A program made the translations under genes and the position numbers. Of a stretch of 64,000 nucleotides of DNA, positions 1-15,059 are shown in pieces. The DNA is from Blastocystis sp. Blastoise (taxonomy: Eukaryota; Protista; Bigyra: Opalinata), in NCBI GenBank assembly GCA_039096225.1, contig JBBPEB010000007.1, positions 930,001 through 994,000 of the forward strand. Reading direction: 5' to 3'. Every line of letters starts with the position of its first letter. The stretch's first letter is position 1. The notes beneath the pieces were generated by a model, which saw only the letters and a program-made list of their open reading frames with translations, was not told the DNA's origin and searched no databases.

Positions 1-3000
1 GATCCTGTAGATATATAATAATATGTAGATTGTGATGATTTAGTAGTACTATTTGAAAAGAAAGAGGAATCATAATAATATATAGTTCTATTATTGATTA
101 TATGTGTTGTATCTATTATATCTGTACGGAATATTGGACTACCGGTTATCTTTCCTGTATCTATATCAAAGAATAATCCATCAGGTAATGTACCATTAAT
201 AATAGAGAAATCATGATATTTATTCATAGGTAATATAGTAGGAAATGAAGTATTATAATAACTATAGATATAATCAGGTTTATAATATAAAGGAGCTTCT
301 TGAGAATTAAAAATAGTTTCAGAATATAATTCTATTTCAGCAAGTGTTAATTTAGTTTGATTATGATTCGAAATATCATTAATAATAAGATAATACTTAT
401 TAAATAAAGTATTATTATTATATATATAACGACAATAATGCTGATTTCGTCCTTGAAAATGTATATTATGAACATTATCTAATAAATAACAAGATTTATC
501 ATGAGGATCGAATGGGTTATATAAGCAACCATAAAATGACCAATCTTTAGGGTCTTCATCTACTAAATATTGACCACTGACTAAACAATATTTGTTAATA
601 TATTCATGACGAAAAACAGTTTTATAAGTCATAATAATAGTTTCAGGAGAAAAAGGAAGTGTTTTTTTGAAAAAACAATTTGTTAAATCATTATGATCTA
701 AAAGATTATTTAAATAAGTAGTATTTGTTGTAGAAAATAGATTAATTCGATTATTTCTTGGAAGATCATTTGAAGAATAAACAGAACGAAATGAAAAGAA
801 TGTAGGTAAATTAGTAGGAAAGGTAGAAATATCAGTAATATTAATATATTGAATATCAAATGCAAGTATATTTTTACCAATATTTAAAAGAGATGTAGAG
901 AGAATAATAAAAGAAGGAACAAAAGATTGTTTTGTATAAGAATGATGGGTATATATAGTATCATTATCTATAAAATTAAATATATCTTCATTATTTAAAG
1001 AATCATAAATAAAAGGAGATATATATTTATTATTAACTAAATTATTATTTTGTTTATTATTATCATAAATAATAGTATCACTATTATCATCAATAGTATC
1101 CATATTGTTCGTATATAATTTCTTGGAATGATTATATATAGTATTTTGTAATACTCCATTTAAATAGACATTCATATAATAAGTAGTATTAATAAAAAAT
1201 AATTCTAATGCTTGTATTTTTTGTAAAGAATCTATTTTAAATAGATTTCTAAAATATATATGATTTGTATATATTAAATGATTTTTTTGATCACAACATG
1301 TAGACCATAAAGAAGAAGGTTTATAATCTAATAAATACCATGAAGAAGTATCTAAAGATTCATCATCTTTTAATAAACAATTTGCATTTGAATTTCCAAA
1401 ATAAGAATAAAAATTTAAATTTAATAAAAATTCATGTTGAAATTGTGAATCTAAAGTATAATTATATAATAATAAAGATACTTCTTTATAATGAACTAAT
1501 ATCGTTAAATATGATTTACGACTCCAATAATAAGTATTATTATTATATAAAGTAAGTGTATATAATAATTTAGGAATACATATAGTATCTGTATCTTCAG
1601 TAGAATTTGAAGGTTGCCATGAATAATAAATATGATTTTTATTACTTAAAGTAAATATTTCATTTCCATTATTTAAAGTATCTGATGATTTATGTAAAGA
1701 AACAAATAAGAAATTGGATTGAATACAATCTTTTATATTAACATAAAGAACACATTGTTCTTTTTTATAAGTTCTTCCATTATAAGCATATATAAGTATA
1801 TAACCAGAAAATAATACTTCAGGAATACCAGTAATTTCTCCAGAAAAAGTATTTAAAGAAATACCTTTAGGTAAGATCATAGAAGAAGAAGAAGAGAAAT
1901 TATAATAACCTGAAGAAATTGGTAAAAGAGAATGAAGAGAAATCCCTATATACCAAGTATACATAGTTTGTGAATATTGAAATGAAGCTATAGTATTAAC
2001 AGAAGGATTTGCTATATATTCAATTTGAGCAAAAGTTAATTCAAATTCAGATATAGGACAAATATTAATAAGAGAATCTGTATTAAAGAATGAAGTATTA
2101 TTTTGATTTATAGAATTATGAAATAATACATTTTGATTATTATAATTAATTTGAAATCTATATTTATTAAAAGCAATAGTATTCGAAGGAATATAAAATG
2201 TTTGTGATTCAAGTGTATAATCTAAAAGTATATTTGATTGTCTAGATAATAATACCCAAGACCCTTCTATATTGGATGCATATATAGAAAAACATAGAGT
2301 ACAAGAAAGATATGTTCCTTTAGGAAGGATAATACGATAACTATTAATAAATTCTTGTCTTTGATCATCTAATGTATAATCAATATTATATAAAGAAGAA
2401 GAAGAGAATGTATATAATGTAGAATAATCAAAATCAAATAAATGTTCTATATTTTCATCATCAGAATATTGTAGAGTAGAATTAAAGAATTCATTTATAG
2501 TAGATATTTTTTGTAAAGAAGGTTTTCCATTAAGAGAACGAATAGAAACATGTTTTGGATGAAGAAATAAATAACTATGAAATTTATTTGTATATTTTGA
2601 AATACATTCATTATCATTTATATATATATAAGAAGAATTATAAATATATTGTTGTTCATTATATATAGAAGAAGAAATATCAAATAATTGACATTGATTA
2701 TATTGATGGATTTCTATAGCAAAAACTAATTCTTTTGAATAAGTTATATATTGTTGTATAGATCCAGTAATATGAAAATAAAAATAATCATCATCTTGTT
2801 TTATAGCAAATGTAGATGGAGTAATTTGATTGGATAAATCCATATTTCTTCGTACTAATTCATATCCATTTAAATAAATAATTATACCTTCTTTTGTATA
2901 TACAGAAAAATCAAATAAAAAGAATGTAGATTCTAATGAATTTAATATTGCTTTATATCTATAGTAACGAGTAATTGTATGTACATCTGGAAAAGTATCT

Positions 3001-3668
3001 TTATAATACCATTTCCATTGAACATGAAGAAAAGAAACTTGATACCATTCTTTAGTATTCTGTTCTGTAGAATTATAATACCAAAGTGTACTTTCATCAA
3101 TTAATAATAATGCTAAAGAAGATGAATTATATATATATATATAGATATTTATGTATGAATAATTATTTAAAAAATTAATTAAAAAAAAATTGTTTAAATA
3201 AATAAATATTTACGATAAAATGACCATTCATCATGTTTTTTAAGCCTTAAAGATTGTTTTAAAAGAAGAATTGAACCACGATATACAGAAATTGATGAAC
3301 TAGATTCCCATCCATATAGTGAACTAAAATTTTAAAAAAATATTCTAGTAATCAATAAGAAATAAAAACATACACTGATTTTGCTACAAAGATATACTGT
3401 CGAGGAAGCAAACAAAACGTGTTTTTGACTGTTTTATTACATAGAATACTTTCATCATATAAAGTAACAACTTTTCCAGGCTGGGTTTCACTTTCATATA
3501 GTGTAAGCGTTTCTCCTTTACAAGTTGTACCGTATTTTCTAATGAAAGTCACAGGTATTTCGTGCAGTTGACATTGTGGATCACAATTCGCTATAAATAT
3601 AAATATAAGAATATTTATATGAATATACCTAATGCTACAATGCATAAGATAATGAATAAATATAGCAT
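1..3668 (-). CDS. Large secreted/surface protein with putative Ig-like (He_PIG-type) repeats; 3' end lies outside the window
   Basis: Signal peptide MLYLFIILCIVALA, then three GT-AG introns and a ~3.1 kb exon that reads open at both ends and runs off position 1 (absent from the ORF track because it has no stop in the window). It contains the Ig-like motifs LPKGISLNTFSGEITGIP and LPDGLFFDIDTGKITGSP, plus a W..Y/TITRYYR/GIIIYLNGYELVR beta-sandwich module. Confidence 0.8.
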
Positions 3669-4325
3669 TTATGCACGAATCTTTGGTTTGAAGAAAAGAA
3701 ATGTAATGATTATTCCATATTTTTTTTTTTTTAGGGTTATTTTATTTTTTGCGGTGGATCTTCAAAAAGTTCTTAGAAAAAGAAAAAATACTTCAAAATA
3801 CTACTATGAAAACAAAAGATTAGTAAAATTGTCAAATGAGACATTGATGAAGAAGTTATGACAGAAGAAATACATACTAGAGACAACTAGAAACAATTTT
3901 TTTTTAAATAATATATATAATTATATAGTGTTGTGATGTTAATTCACAAATCAACTATGCAAATGAAAGAACAAATAATGAGACAGTCTGGAATAGGAGT
4001 GTGGCTTATTATTTGAAATTTATTCTATTATTGTATACATTTTTCTTGAGTATTATTTTTTAAATCTTGTGTAGATAGTAGAAAAATGATAGACTAGAGA
4101 ATATTATGTGTATTTAATGAAGTGTTATTGATTAAGATTATACACTAATAGTTTTTGTTTATAATTTCGTTTTTTAATATATATATTTATTTTCTAAACC
4201 ATGAAATTTGATTTGTATCCTCTTTATCAATGAATATGATTTAAGATAAGAAAAAAAACAACTAATGAAGCAACTAATAACAAAAAAAAGAAAGAAGAAA
4301 CAACTAAAACAAAAATGAAAGTAAT

Positions 4326-6125
4326 TTAATGATTTGAAACATAAATTTCGATAGAAGAATAAGTAATAGATTTCCATAGAAATGGTGTTCCTATAGAACT
4401 CTGCGCATACATATCATTCAATCCAAATGAATTTTCGATTTGAAATCCATTGAGACAACGAACAGAGAATAAATTATTTTGGATAATAATATTTGGATTT
4501 TGAATAATATGACCTATATTATCACTTGTAGAATAAAAATATAGATAATCAAAGGATAAAATATCTTGTTTGTTATTATTAATACAACATAACATTTGAT
4601 TCTTTAATGAATTCTCTTTTGGAAATAATACAATAACAACATTGAAGAATTCATTTAATATATATTTGATAAATGTTTGAATAGATAATGAACCAAATGA
4701 AGAACTATATAGAGAATGTTAAAACTAGATTATTAAAAAATATTATTATTATGATATATAAAATATGTTAAAAATAGATTATTAAAAAATATTGTTTTTA
4801 TAATGATATATTAATATGTAAAAAATTAATTATTATAAAATAATAATAATATTGTATAAATAATATGTTAAAAAATAATTATTAAAAAAAAATTTTTATG
4901 ATATATATAGTATGTTAAAAAATAATTATTAAAAATGCTAATAATATTATATATATAATATGTTAAACATAAACAATCAAAAAATAATAATAATAATAAA
5001 CAAAATAAACACTTATATATACACTTTAGAAGACCATAGTAAACGAAAATTATAAAAGATAAATTTTGTATCTATCCATTTTCTTGTGGATTCTAATAAT
5101 AATGACGAAGTTCCTAAAGGTTTACTTAATTCATTTAAATAAGGAGACGATAAATAGAATTTTATTTTATATTTATAAATAGAATCTAAAAGAGGCGCAA
5201 GTGTAGAAGAAGATAATCCTATCAAATTATATTGTTGTAAGAATAATATTTGATAAATAGCAAGAGAAAGAGAACAAATAACTTTATTTTGAGAAATATT
5301 ATAAGTTAAATAAGGTTTTATAGCATTTAAAGAACGTTTATAATTAGTTGTATAGAGTCGAATAGAAGATATAAAAGAAGGAACAATTTCATTTTCTACC
5401 ATAATCATAGATGTATCATCCTTTTCAAATAGAGAAGCTTTGTGTTTTTGATATAATACACATAAACATAAAGGAATATCAATTTGGAAATAATGAAAAT
5501 CATCAATTAATTGATCTAAATTCTCAATTTTCTTGAAATCAACTATTTCATTATTTATATAAGAAAGTATAGTTGCAAAATATGGAGTTGAATAATCTAT
5601 ACATATATCCTTATTCGATTTCAATATCTTATTTTCTGTATATAACTTATATAAGATAGAATTTGGATATTGTTCAAGAGTAGAAACAGAAATTTTGTAA
5701 CAAACATGATGATCTGATAATTGAAACGTAATTATCTCATTATCTTGTTCAATTTGATCAATTCTAGGTAGAGAAAGCGCGTCTTTGTAATTTGAGGTTT
5801 CTTCATCTAACATTAATTCTACAGAACTAAAGAATGAATTACTGATTGCCTCAAAAGAATCTACAGAAATAATAGATACATCTAATGAACTACGAAGGTC
5901 AGTTTCTATAGTATCCAATATAGATCGTAACTTATTAAAGCGATCACGAAGTTCATGCATAATATATTTTCCATGAAATGGATAATTAGGTGTTGTATCC
6001 TCTTTATCAGTCTCTTCGATGACTTGTTGATAGGAATTTTCAGATTCTAAACTAGTTCTTTTTCCATAATAATCTGATTCAAATGATCGTTTCGTTTGAG
6101 GAGAACCATCAAGAAGATAATCCAT
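4326..6125 (-). CDS. BTB/POZ (KCTD-type) plus degenerate TLDc domain protein
   Basis: BTB signature ISVSTLEQYPNSILY...IDYSTPYFATILSY...LIDDFHYFQI. After one repeat-rich intron the protein continues FRLLWSSK...FSV...SIEIY*, which resembles TLDc. Confidence 0.7.
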
Positions 6126-6428
6126 GTATTTAAATTCAAACAACGATTTTTATTTGATTTATAATAGAAACTAAAGTATAATAATTTGAAATAATAATGT
6201 GTTTTATTTGAAAAAATGTGTTTTCCTGAGAATAAAAAAAAATGATTGTTTTTGTAATTTCAAATTTTATGTTTTGTTATTTATATTTATCTACGTGAAA
6301 ACAACACAACTACAATAGATTCATATAAAAGTTTACGAAAAAAGGAAAAATAGAGATAAGAAAAGAAAGATATAAAAGTACCAACGAAGAATCAGTTTGT
6401 ATTTAGTGAATAAAAATATAGTTTATAA

Positions 6429-7066
6429 TTACTTGGTTTGTTCTGGAGTTTGTGTGAGTTCTTCTTCAGGATGTTCACCAAAATCAGGCATAAAAGGAAT
6501 AATACATGCTTGTCTTGCTTGTTTTATACAACGAGAAATTTTACGTTGATGCTTAGCACATGTATGAGTTTCATGATGACTGTAAATTCTACCACTTTGA
6601 CTTATAAAATAACATAATAAAGATTGATTAAGATAAGAGACTTCATAATTAGGAAGTTGACATAAAAGACATTTATTATGATCAAGCATTGTTATCTTAT
6701 TTGTAGAAGGAGATACATATTTTGATTTATTATTAATATATGTTTTAGAAACTGGTGTAACTTCTTCTGTTTTTTCTTCTGTTTTCGAGGGATTCTTCGC
6801 ATTATCAACAACTTTTTTCATATAATCATTTTGATCTTTACTTCTCTTTTGAGCTTCTTTAACATAACCAACTAAATCATGTTGAAAAGTATAATCACGT
6901 AAATGTTCGACAGTCTTTTCATTTAAATCATATTTTGTAGGATTTGTAGCGAAGGGACGAATAAGACAATTCAACTTTGCAAAGTTTTTTGCAACCAAAC
7001 CTAGACAAAATCATTTTACACAGAATACAAAGTATAAATACATGATCTCATTAATGTAGAGTACAT
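6429..7066 (-). CDS. MRPS18: Mitochondrial ribosomal protein bS18m
   Basis: CLLC...VSYLNQSLLCYFISQSGRIY...TCAKHQRKISRCIKQARQACIIPF is the S18 core. The N-terminus looks like a targeting peptide (MYSTLMRSCLVAK) and there is one intron. Confidence 0.85.
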
Positions 7067-7303
7067 CCTGTAGAAATAAAAAAGGAAAAACAAACTGATT
7101 CTACTAAATGTGGTTAGGCTTCCTAAGTGTTCCATATAACCACGATTATAAATAGAAAATGACTGATATTTTCATTTTTTTATACAATTCACTTTCTTTT
7201 AATTCTTTTTCATCAATAAACGTGATTTAATAACTTATTTCACTTATAGTATATGTTTACAGAACGATACTAGTTATTTTATATGAATATTTATAGAAAA
7301 ACA

Positions 7304-10300
7304 ATGGAAAGAATCAGTCAATCAACTTATGTTGGTGCTATTACGGCAATTGAATACTCACCTGATTACGAATATGCTGTTTATGGTATGCTATATTATT
7401 TTTATATATTAAGAACTAATTATTTCTTGTCATGCTTTTCTATTTTTCTCTATTCTTTTTATATAATTAAATATTCTAGGATCTGGAGCATGTATCACCA
7501 TAATCAGAACAAAAGATAATGCCACTTTGATATCACAAAATGTATTAAATCATAATAAAATCCATGGAATTCGTTTCTGTATATTTATATGATATATATA
7601 TAATATATAAACACATTAAATGATTTTAATTTATTTTAGTTAACCAATATTTAATTGTTTTTGGTCAAAAATCCTATTGTATATTGTTATGGTCGGAAGA
7701 AGTATTAGATAAGAAAGATAATTTATCTATTATATCTTGTTGTTCTGATTTTGAAGATTGGATTTGGGATATTCTTATTGATCAAGCTTATTATAATGAA
7801 GAAACTCAAAAATATGAAAAGTTATCTCTGATCATAGGGACAGCTCATAATAATATTATATATTGGGATTGTATACATAGAATAAGAACAAATGCTATCT
7901 ATGGTATAAATCGATGTATTTTATATAGTTTATCTCTTTTTAGAACAAAAGATGATATTTATGTTGCTTCGGGAACAGTATTTAATAGTGTTCTTATTTG
8001 GAGTGTTAAGAATCCATCTCAATTAATAACTCTGAAACATCATACAGGAGTTATTTTTAAAGTTCGTTGGAGTCTATATGGTGATTATTTATTATCTGTT
8101 TCTGATGATCGTACTGTTTGTTTATATAAATATAATTTAAGTTCTTCTACTAGTTTTAATAATAATAAAGAATTAAATGAAGAGAATACTATAATATTAT
8201 CAAAAGATAGTTATTCTTTATTATGGAAAAGTTATGGTCATATGAATCGACTTTGGGATTGTATATTTACAAATAAATATATAGTTACATGTTCCGAAGA
8301 TTGTACTTTACGTGTTTGGAATATAAATGGTGAATGTATAATGATATTTGGTGGACATAAAGGTAAACATATATGGTCAATTGCTTATAATCCTATACAT
8401 GATATTGTTCTAAGTGGTGGTAATGATGGATCTTTAAAAGTATGGTATTTAGGAAATATAGATAGTTCAAATTCTACAATCGAAAGTGAATGTATATTAC
8501 CTACTTTACAAGGTAAAGAAAAAGAATATAATTGGAGAGATAGTAAAAGTGAATGTATTCGAGGAACAGGAATTAGTGAAGATGGTCAATATATATATGT
8601 AGCTAGTAATTGGGGTTATATTTGGAGTTATCAAGTTAATACTCAAGAATGGAAAGAATTATATAAACCTTTTCTTGATATTAATAAAGGTAATAGTATA
8701 CTTGATATAACAAAACATGAAGAAGAAAATGATAATAATAGAGATAATAATATAGATAATAATTCTGAATCTTCTAAAGAATTTATTTCAGAATCAAATA
8801 TAGATAATAATTCTAATTCTTCTAAAGAATTTATTTCAGAATCAAATAAAAATAATAATTCTAATTCTTCTAAAGAATTTATTTCAGAATCAAATCAACA
8901 AATTATTTCAGAATCAAATAAAGAATCAATTTCTGAGTCTTCTAAAGAATCAATTTCAGAATCAAGTCCACAAATGATTGGTGAATCTTCATTATATTCT
9001 TCAAATGATACGTATATATTTGATTCCAATCCTACTTCTCCTACTTGTATATCCATAACTCCTCTTACAACTCCACTTATTACTCCTCCTTCTACTCCTA
9101 TTCCCGCGGTTAATCCTAAAGAACAAATAACAAAAAGCCATTTTTCTATTATGGTACCTTCTCCTAAAGATGATTATATTATTAGTGGAGATATTTATGG
9201 GAATATTACATTAATCTCTTTAAAAAATAATAATTATATTCCAAAAACTTGGAAATATACAGATCAACGTATCTTGAATTTTATATGGGTTTCTATTCAT
9301 AAAGAAGATTCTAACTTTTATATAGTATTTCCTATAACTTCAGAAACAACTATATATGGTTGGATTATCAATAAAGATATCGATAAAATTAAATTAGCTT
9401 GTGTATTATCGTTATCAATACGTTCTTGTATTACTTCTATTTATTATATAAATGAATATGAATATTTACTTTGTGGAGATAGTAATGGTGGCTTACATTT
9501 ATTTAATAAACAATTCGATATGAATGATTCTTTATTCACTTTAGACTTCTCTCATTCTTCTGTTATTTCTATAAATACTTCACTCTTATTAAATTTACCT
9601 ATTTTAAATGCTCTTTCAATATGTAGAAAAGCTCATAATCACAGTCCTATTACCTGTATATTATATTATGATTCTATATTATATACTTGTGGATGTGATG
9701 GAAAAATAGTTACATATACTTTAGATATAGAAAATAATATATTAACAAAAGCTATAACTAATAAAGTAGGTCGTATGAAACAAATTAGTAAAATATGGTA
9801 TAGTGATACGAATACATTATGTGCTGCAGGATTTCGAGAAAATGAATTTATTATATATGATATTACTAGTGGTTATGAAGTATTGTCACATGTTTGTGGG
9901 GGGTGGAAACGTCCTTGGAGTGTATGGACCAATCCAATTCATCCACTTTGGGGAATTTTATTTTGTTCTGCAACAACTAATGGCTATGAACGATTAAGTA
10001 TATTTAAGAAAGAAATTAGTCAATCTTCAAATATTATTCAACCTGTTTTAAGATGTCCTTTTCATGGTCAAGAAATATATACATGTAAATGGCTTGCACA
10101 TATAAACAATAATGAATATTTAATTGTTACTGGTGGTGAAGATACTACATTAAAATTAAGTAAAGTTGTCTATAGAGATGGAAAATTATTTGATATTGAA
10201 TGTTTACATACTTTAGAAGGGCATTCAACTACGGTTAGAAGTGTTAGCTCATGCAAGTAAGTTATTATTATTAATTTTTCTTAAGTGAATTATTGTTCTT

Positions 10301-12487
10301 ATTATAGTTTATATGCTTTTTTTTTGGTTTATATAACAAAATTTATTATTATGGTTTTATTATTATTATGTTTTATATTTTTATTATTATTTATTTAGTT
10401 ATTTTTTGTTATTATGGTTTATATGTTTATTTTTATTATTATAATTTATATGTTTATTTTTATTATTATACTTGAATTATTATTAAATAATAATAACATA
10501 TATTATAATAATATATATAATAATATATATTATAATAATTATATCTCTAGATGTGCTCATGAAAATAATTCTCTTTACCTCTTTTCCGTTGGAGGGAAAA
10601 ATAGTGTTTTTATTTGGAAAATACATTGGGAAGCTGAAGAACAGAAAGATGTGTATATTTATATTTATTTAAGTATTAATATATTTATTTATAAATATTT
10701 AAATAAACATATATATATTTATATATTAAAATATTAATATATTAATATTTATTAAGTATTAAAAAAATATTTTAATATTTATATATTATTTTTTTAATAT
10801 TTAAAGAAATGAATTCTCCTACGAAAGAATTCTAAATAAATACTATATAACATATGATATATATACATTATATAGAGTTGTAAGTTGTTCATTATTATAT
10901 TCTTTCCCTTCCCAACGTATATGGATGGAGAAGGAAGAAGGAGAATATCAGCGTTATTTCTCTGTAGATAGCTGGACAATGAATGTTGAAAAAGAAGGAC
11001 AAAATAGTATATAATATAGGCTATATATATATATTAAAGTATACTATAATTTCATAATATTTTAAATAATCTTTTAAGAATAATAATTATTATTATAAAC
11101 TTTTCATTTTTCATTATTTTTCTTATTCCTTATTATTCGTTCTTTCTAATAGATACACTTTATATGATTTCCTGTTGCAATAGTAATGGCTATTTATCAT
11201 TATTTTGTTTTCATGATACTATAAATCAATTAGAATATGTATATACTGTTCTTCTATCTCCATTACCTTGTTTAACTGTTCGACATATCGAATTAAAACA
11301 TAAAAAAGAAGCACATATATTAATGGTAGGAAATACTTCAGGAGATCTTATTTATTTAGATATTACAGAAGATATTGAGCATTATATTCAAAGTTGTATA
11401 TATCTATATATTATTTATTTATTTAAATTTATAGAAATTCTTAATCAAATTTAACTATATCATACTATTATAATACTATAAATATATTATTACTATTTTT
11501 TAGAAATATATAATTTCTTTTATTTATTAAGATTTAATATAATCTTGAAACTTATTTTAATATATTTAAAATATATTATAATGTTATAAATATACTATTT
11601 ATATACCTTTCTATATATAGATCAAACAAGACAAATTAAAGATGTTTATACCATTTCACAAATTATTCCAAAACCTTTTTCTATTCATTATTCTTATATT
11701 GAAAAACATATACATAAATGTGGTTTAAATAGTTTAATTGTGTGCCCAATTAATGAAACACAATTCGTCGTTTGTTCAGTAGGTGATGATCAATCTCTTT
11801 CTTTTATTCAATATCAAGTATATAATATATATTTTATTATATTTTTAATTATATGTTTAATTATATTTTTAATTATATTTTAAACTATATTATAATTATA
11901 TTTTTAATTATATTTTTAATTATATTTTAAACTATATTATAATTATGTTACAATTATATTTTAATTATATTTTAAACTATATTATAATTATGTTACAATT
12001 ATATTTTAATTATATTATTTATATATAAATCAATGAAAAAAAATATATACATATCTTTAATAGTATTTTGAAGAAACATATTCTGTAAAAGTAATTCAAA
12101 AGAAATATTTTAATGAGGTCTCTGGTTCTTCTCTACGTAGTATTACGATTCATAACAATATTATAGCTTTTGTTGGTTGGGAACAAACGATTGAATTATA
12201 TACTTTATGTGTAGATTCTAATTCTGTTGCCATGATCAAAAAAGTAACCTCAATTAATTCGCAAGTACCTGAACCTAATTGTATTGACCTAGTCTTTGAT
12301 CATGAATTGTATATTGTTATATTTTACTCAACAAAATATATTTGTTTTGTCATTCGTTTATTTCTAGTTTTTTTTATAAATAAATTCTATAATAATTATT
12401 ATTTTAAATTATAGGAATACCTATTTCGCTTGTATTACAGGAGAATCAGGATTTGAACTACAAGTCATTGATACTTTATCGAACTAA
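7304..12487 (+). CDS. WDR6: WD40 protein WDR6/Trm734 (partner of the tRNA 2'-O-methyltransferase)
   Basis: WD repeats with WDR6-typical motifs ASGTVF, SVSDDRTV, GHKGKHIW, CGGWKRPW, TGGEDT, HKCGLN and GDDQ. Eight canonical introns. A low-complexity SKEFISESN repeat insert lies at ~8740-8970. Confidence 0.85.
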
Positions 12488-12912
12488 TTCGTTTTTGTTT
12501 TCTTATATATCCTTATTCATTTACTATTATTATATTGTTTCGTTTTAAATCATACAAAGGTACATAGTTCATCAATAAAAAACATTGATAGTCACCTTTA
12601 AATCTACTATGGAACTAAATTTGACTCATTTGAAATATAGTTTTAATTTTATTGTAATCTTTATGTGAATCCACTTTCAAATTTCTAGCTAGTTTTTTGA
12701 AACACGTAATTATAAAAAAGATAGTAAAGGAAAAAGAAACTGAAACTAAGATTTCTTTGATTGAAATTATAATCATGGGAATCAGGAAACAAATACCAGT
12801 AAAACTATACGTTTCGATGGATTTCTAAATATACTCTTTTTCTATTACAAAATTTATTTATAATATTTTTATTATATAATATCATTATAATTATTTTTAA
12901 TATTATATCCAG

Positions 12913-13839
12913 ATGGGTAACGAACCAAGTAAGACTCGTGAAGAAATTATGAAGGAACAAAAGCAAGAAATTCGTACTGCTGTACGTGCTGCTAACAGAC
13001 AAAAGATGAAGCTTCAAATACAAGAAAAGAAACTTGTAAATGATATGAGAGCTTTAGCAAAGAAGAACCAAGTTGTATATAGATAGTTTTTTTCTATAAT
13101 TATTTTTTTTCATTGAATTTTTATGGCTATATTTATTTTAAATAGGGACCTGCTAAGATACTTGCAAAGCAGCTTATAATTACAAGAAAAAATATAGAAA
13201 AATGCGAAACAATGGCTGCTCAAATTGGTTCTCTTGAAACTCAGATGGCTGTATTTTTATATTATTTGTTTTTTATATCTGTTTTTTATTTTTATCTGTT
13301 TTGTATTATTTGTTTTTTATTATCTGTTTTAAAAAATATATAAAAATATCTATTCTTATGTTTCTATAAGTTTATTATTGTATATAGATTAATAGCGTCC
13401 AAGGACAACTTGTAAATTCTCTTGAAGGAATTACTAATGTATATATATGATAATAATAATATATAATATATATAATAATAAATGATTCTATATATTTTAA
13501 TTTTTATAATTATAATTATTTTATATATAGATAATGAAACAATCTGGTGCTAATATTGATCCAGAAAGAATTGCTTCTGTTTCTATGAATTATCAGACTG
13601 AATCTCAAAGAAGTACTGTTATGCAAGAAATGATGGAAGATGCATTAGATTCTGTTGCTGATGATAATGTTGAAGAAGAAGCTGATGAAGAAACTCAAAA
13701 AGTTCTTAAAGAAATTGGTATTGAAATTGGTGCTGGTATGGCTAGTGCTCATTCTGGTCCTATTAAACAAGCTAATTCTTCTGCTAATGCTGCTCCTGTT
13801 GATGTCAGTCAAGAAGCTGCTATGCTTAGTAAATTATAA
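12913..13839 (+). CDS. CHMP2: ESCRT-III subunit CHMP2/Vps2 (Snf7 family)
   Basis: Spliced product MGNEPSKTREEIMKEQKQEIR...QEKKLVNDMRALAKKNQVGPAKILAKQLIITRK...MQEMMEDALD...EEEADEETQKVLKEIGI. Three introns; an upstream exon from 12775 is possible. Confidence 0.85.
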
Positions 13840-14180
13840 ACAATATATATGTATTTAACAATTTATATTCGTTCATTTTTTTAAATTTCTATTTCCTTTT
13901 TTTAAATATAAAATATTACTATTTTGATTGTGTTTATTTCATTATCTTGTCATTCTTCTTTGGTTTCTAAATTATTATTTATTTGTCCTTCTATGATAAT
14001 AATATTATTTGAAGGTATTCATGAACAATTATTTATGTTATATATATTTATTATTCATACTATATGTATTAGTTTTTTTATACAATAAAACTTATTCATG
14101 TAGTTTATAATATATGAACAGCAACAACTAGAACAACAATAAATATAGTAATATAAACTTCAATTCTTGATAGGATCAAT

Positions 14181-15059
14181 TTATTCAATTTCAAGTGTAT
14201 TCCATAAACCATCATTTAAATAATGAATATTATTAATACCAATACCTTTATTCACCTTCTTACTATATATATAATTATATTAATAAATATTGTTCAATAA
14301 TAAATATATATATATATATATACATATCATCAGTAGATAATACTAATTGACCAATAGCAAGAGGATTCACTTTACCTTCAGCAAATATAGCCTATATATA
14401 TAGTATTTATATATAATACTATATTTTTATATATAATATTTATATATAATATATATATATAAATTTTTATTAAAATAATGATTTGAATAAAAAATATATA
14501 TAATACTAATATAATAAATATTTATAATAATAATATTATAATAAACACTTACAACAGCTTCTCCAGCTTCAATATTTTCTTCAGGTAAATATCCACCAGG
14601 ACTCGTTAAACCAGGACACATAATATTAGCTCCTGAAATAACAAATTTAATAGCACCTTTATCAACTTGTACACGTTTCATCATTGTAGGATCTATATAG
14701 AAAGTAATAGTATAATAATATATATTTAATATAAATTATGAAAATCAAGTTTATATATACATTTTTGAAGAACTCGAAGAGAAGGGAAATAAAGACCATC
14801 TTTTGTAGAAAAGAAAATAGGTTCTTTGTTGATAATATAAAATTGTAAATCATCATTACATTTAGCGATAATTAAATTATCTTTCTTAGGAAAGCATTCA
14901 TCTGCGTATTGTTCAAATTCAGGATATTGTTCAATGATATTCTTACGAATACCACGAGCTACTGATGACTTCGCCTGACTTTTATTGTATATATCTTCTG
15001 AAGGGAAAAACCTAGAGGAACGTGAGACCCGATAAGCATATAATATACTTCTTTAACAT
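14181..15059 (-). CDS. MCTS1: MCTS1/Tma20 translation re-initiation factor (PUA domain)
   Basis: MLKKF...KSSVARGIR...[10 protein letters not shown]...[27 protein letters not shown]...[17 protein letters not shown]; four introns. Confidence 0.92.

Noticed and set aside
3113-3213. Non-canonical acceptor after a (TA)n run in the Ig-repeat gene
   Set aside because: A canonical TTTAG a few bases downstream keeps the frame (FYP-LLLIDES).
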